From: Saprolegnia diclina VS20
Taxonomy: Eukaryota
Length of the DNA stretch: 64,000 bases
Direction of reading: 5' to 3'
NCBI RefSeq assembly: GCF_000281045.1
Contig: NW_008246083.1
Location: 128,906-192,905, forward strand
The position numbers and the translations under genes were made by a program. Under the pieces are notes generated by a model, which saw nothing but the letters and a program-made list of their open reading frames with translations, searched no databases and was not told the origin of the DNA. Numbering within the stretch: position 1 is the first letter of the stretch; every line of letters begins with the position of its first letter. Positions 63,066 through 64,000 of the stretch are shown one piece after another.

Positions 63066-63926
63066 CTACGAGTCGATGCCGTACTTCTTGGGGATGCCAG
63101 CGTGGAAGCTTTCGGGGCCGCCGAGGATGATCCCACCGGCTCGCACTTCATGCGACTCGTCGGCGAGAATCCGGCCGGCAAGAAGGCGCACGAGAATGTC
63201 GTCAAGGGCCGCGACTTCGTACGCCGTGTACGGGTACTTGGCGCAGACAGCGAGCTCGGACGGGTACAGCGAGAGGAGGAGACCGTCTTCGACGAGGCTC
63301 TTGATGACGTTCTTGCAGCCCCGAAGCGTCGTGATCGGCGTGTACGTGCGGAGGTGGAACTGCTTGCACGATGCCTTCATGTCAATGGGCGCAAACTCGG
63401 TCGGGTGCAACTGCATGAGCTGCTTGAACATCGACTCTTGGCAGTACGGGAAGCTCGAGATGTTGAGGCGCGGCAGTGCGTTGTCGCGGAGCTGGCACTG
63501 CGTGAGCTTCTCGGACCACGTGAGGTTCTGAACGACCGTCGTCGCGCGGACCGCGAGCGTGTTGGTCGGGACGCATGCATTCGACTTGGGCCATTGTCCA
63601 CGAGCGCAGTCCCGCCACAGCATGACGGGCAGAGGTGCATTGGCACGCAAGATGAAGATGAAGAGGAAGAAGAGAAACAAAATCGCGGGCAGCGAAAACA
63701 CCATAAAGATGGCCCGCGGGTTGAGCTTGGCGGTCGGCGCGGTGCTCTTCATGACATAATACTGCGGCTTGATCTCACGCTCGATGGGTTTCCACTTGGT
63801 CGGAAGCGGCGACCGGATGCCGCTCGACTCGTCCTCTTCCGGGATCGGTTGCAAGTTGCCCATGCTGCCATAGTTGTTCGATGCGAGGCCCGTTGGCTTC
63901 AAGGTCGTCGACGCTGCCCAGTTCAT
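63066..63926 (-). CDS. Uncharacterised type II membrane protein with a Cys-containing lumenal domain
   Basis: Open frame with one TM (AIFMVFSLPAILFLFFLFIFIL) and several downstream Cys. A probable 5'-UTR intron lies near 63954-63988. Confidence 0.68.
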   Translation of the reverse strand: MNWAASTTLKPTGLASNNYGSMGNLQPIPEEDESSGIRSPLPTKWKPIEREIKPQYYVMKSTAPTAKLNPRAIFMVFSLPAILFLFFLFIFILRANAPLPVMLWRDCARGQWPKSNACVPTNTLAVRATTVVQNLTWSEKLTQCQLRDNALPRLNISSFPYCQESMFKQLMQLHPTEFAPIDMKASCKQFHLRTYTPITTLRGCKNVIKSLVEDGLLLSLYPSELAVCAKYPYTAYEVAALDDILVRLLAGRILADESHEVRAGGIILGGPESFHAGIPKKYGIDS

Positions 63927-64000
63927 CGCTTTGGTGGATATGTATGCGATGGCTGTACAGAGGTGCAAACGGTGCGTGGGCTAGGTACGTGCGAAGCTTC

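Overview
Eukaryotic, GC-rich, gene-dense DNA with many short (about 40-60 nt) GT-AG introns. Gene content and intron style point to an oomycete, probably Saprolegniales (inference). About 28 protein-coding genes are supportable: a partial ARM-like protein, a CCCH+PUF protein, a NIPP1-like FHA protein, a single-exon GT48 beta-1,3-glucan synthase fused to a degenerate MFS sugar-porter domain, a stand-alone Trl1/Rnl1-like RNA ligase, an ankyrin protein, a TOG/CLASP-like protein, mS26, a divergent cation-chloride cotransporter, a mitochondrion-targeted pyruvate kinase, an FtsH-like ATPase with no protease domain, BUB3, a WD40-like protein, a SOSS-B-like OB-fold protein, Rictor and several single-pass membrane proteins. 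There is also a local family of five C-x4-C-x9-C-x2-HGGG zinc-finger genes (one interrupted by a 513-N gap) plus a decayed copy. The strongest leads are the stand-alone Trl1-type ligase and the glucan synthase-MFS fusion. No tRNA, rRNA or CRISPR was seen. Exon boundaries were read by eye and are approximate, and no database searches were run.
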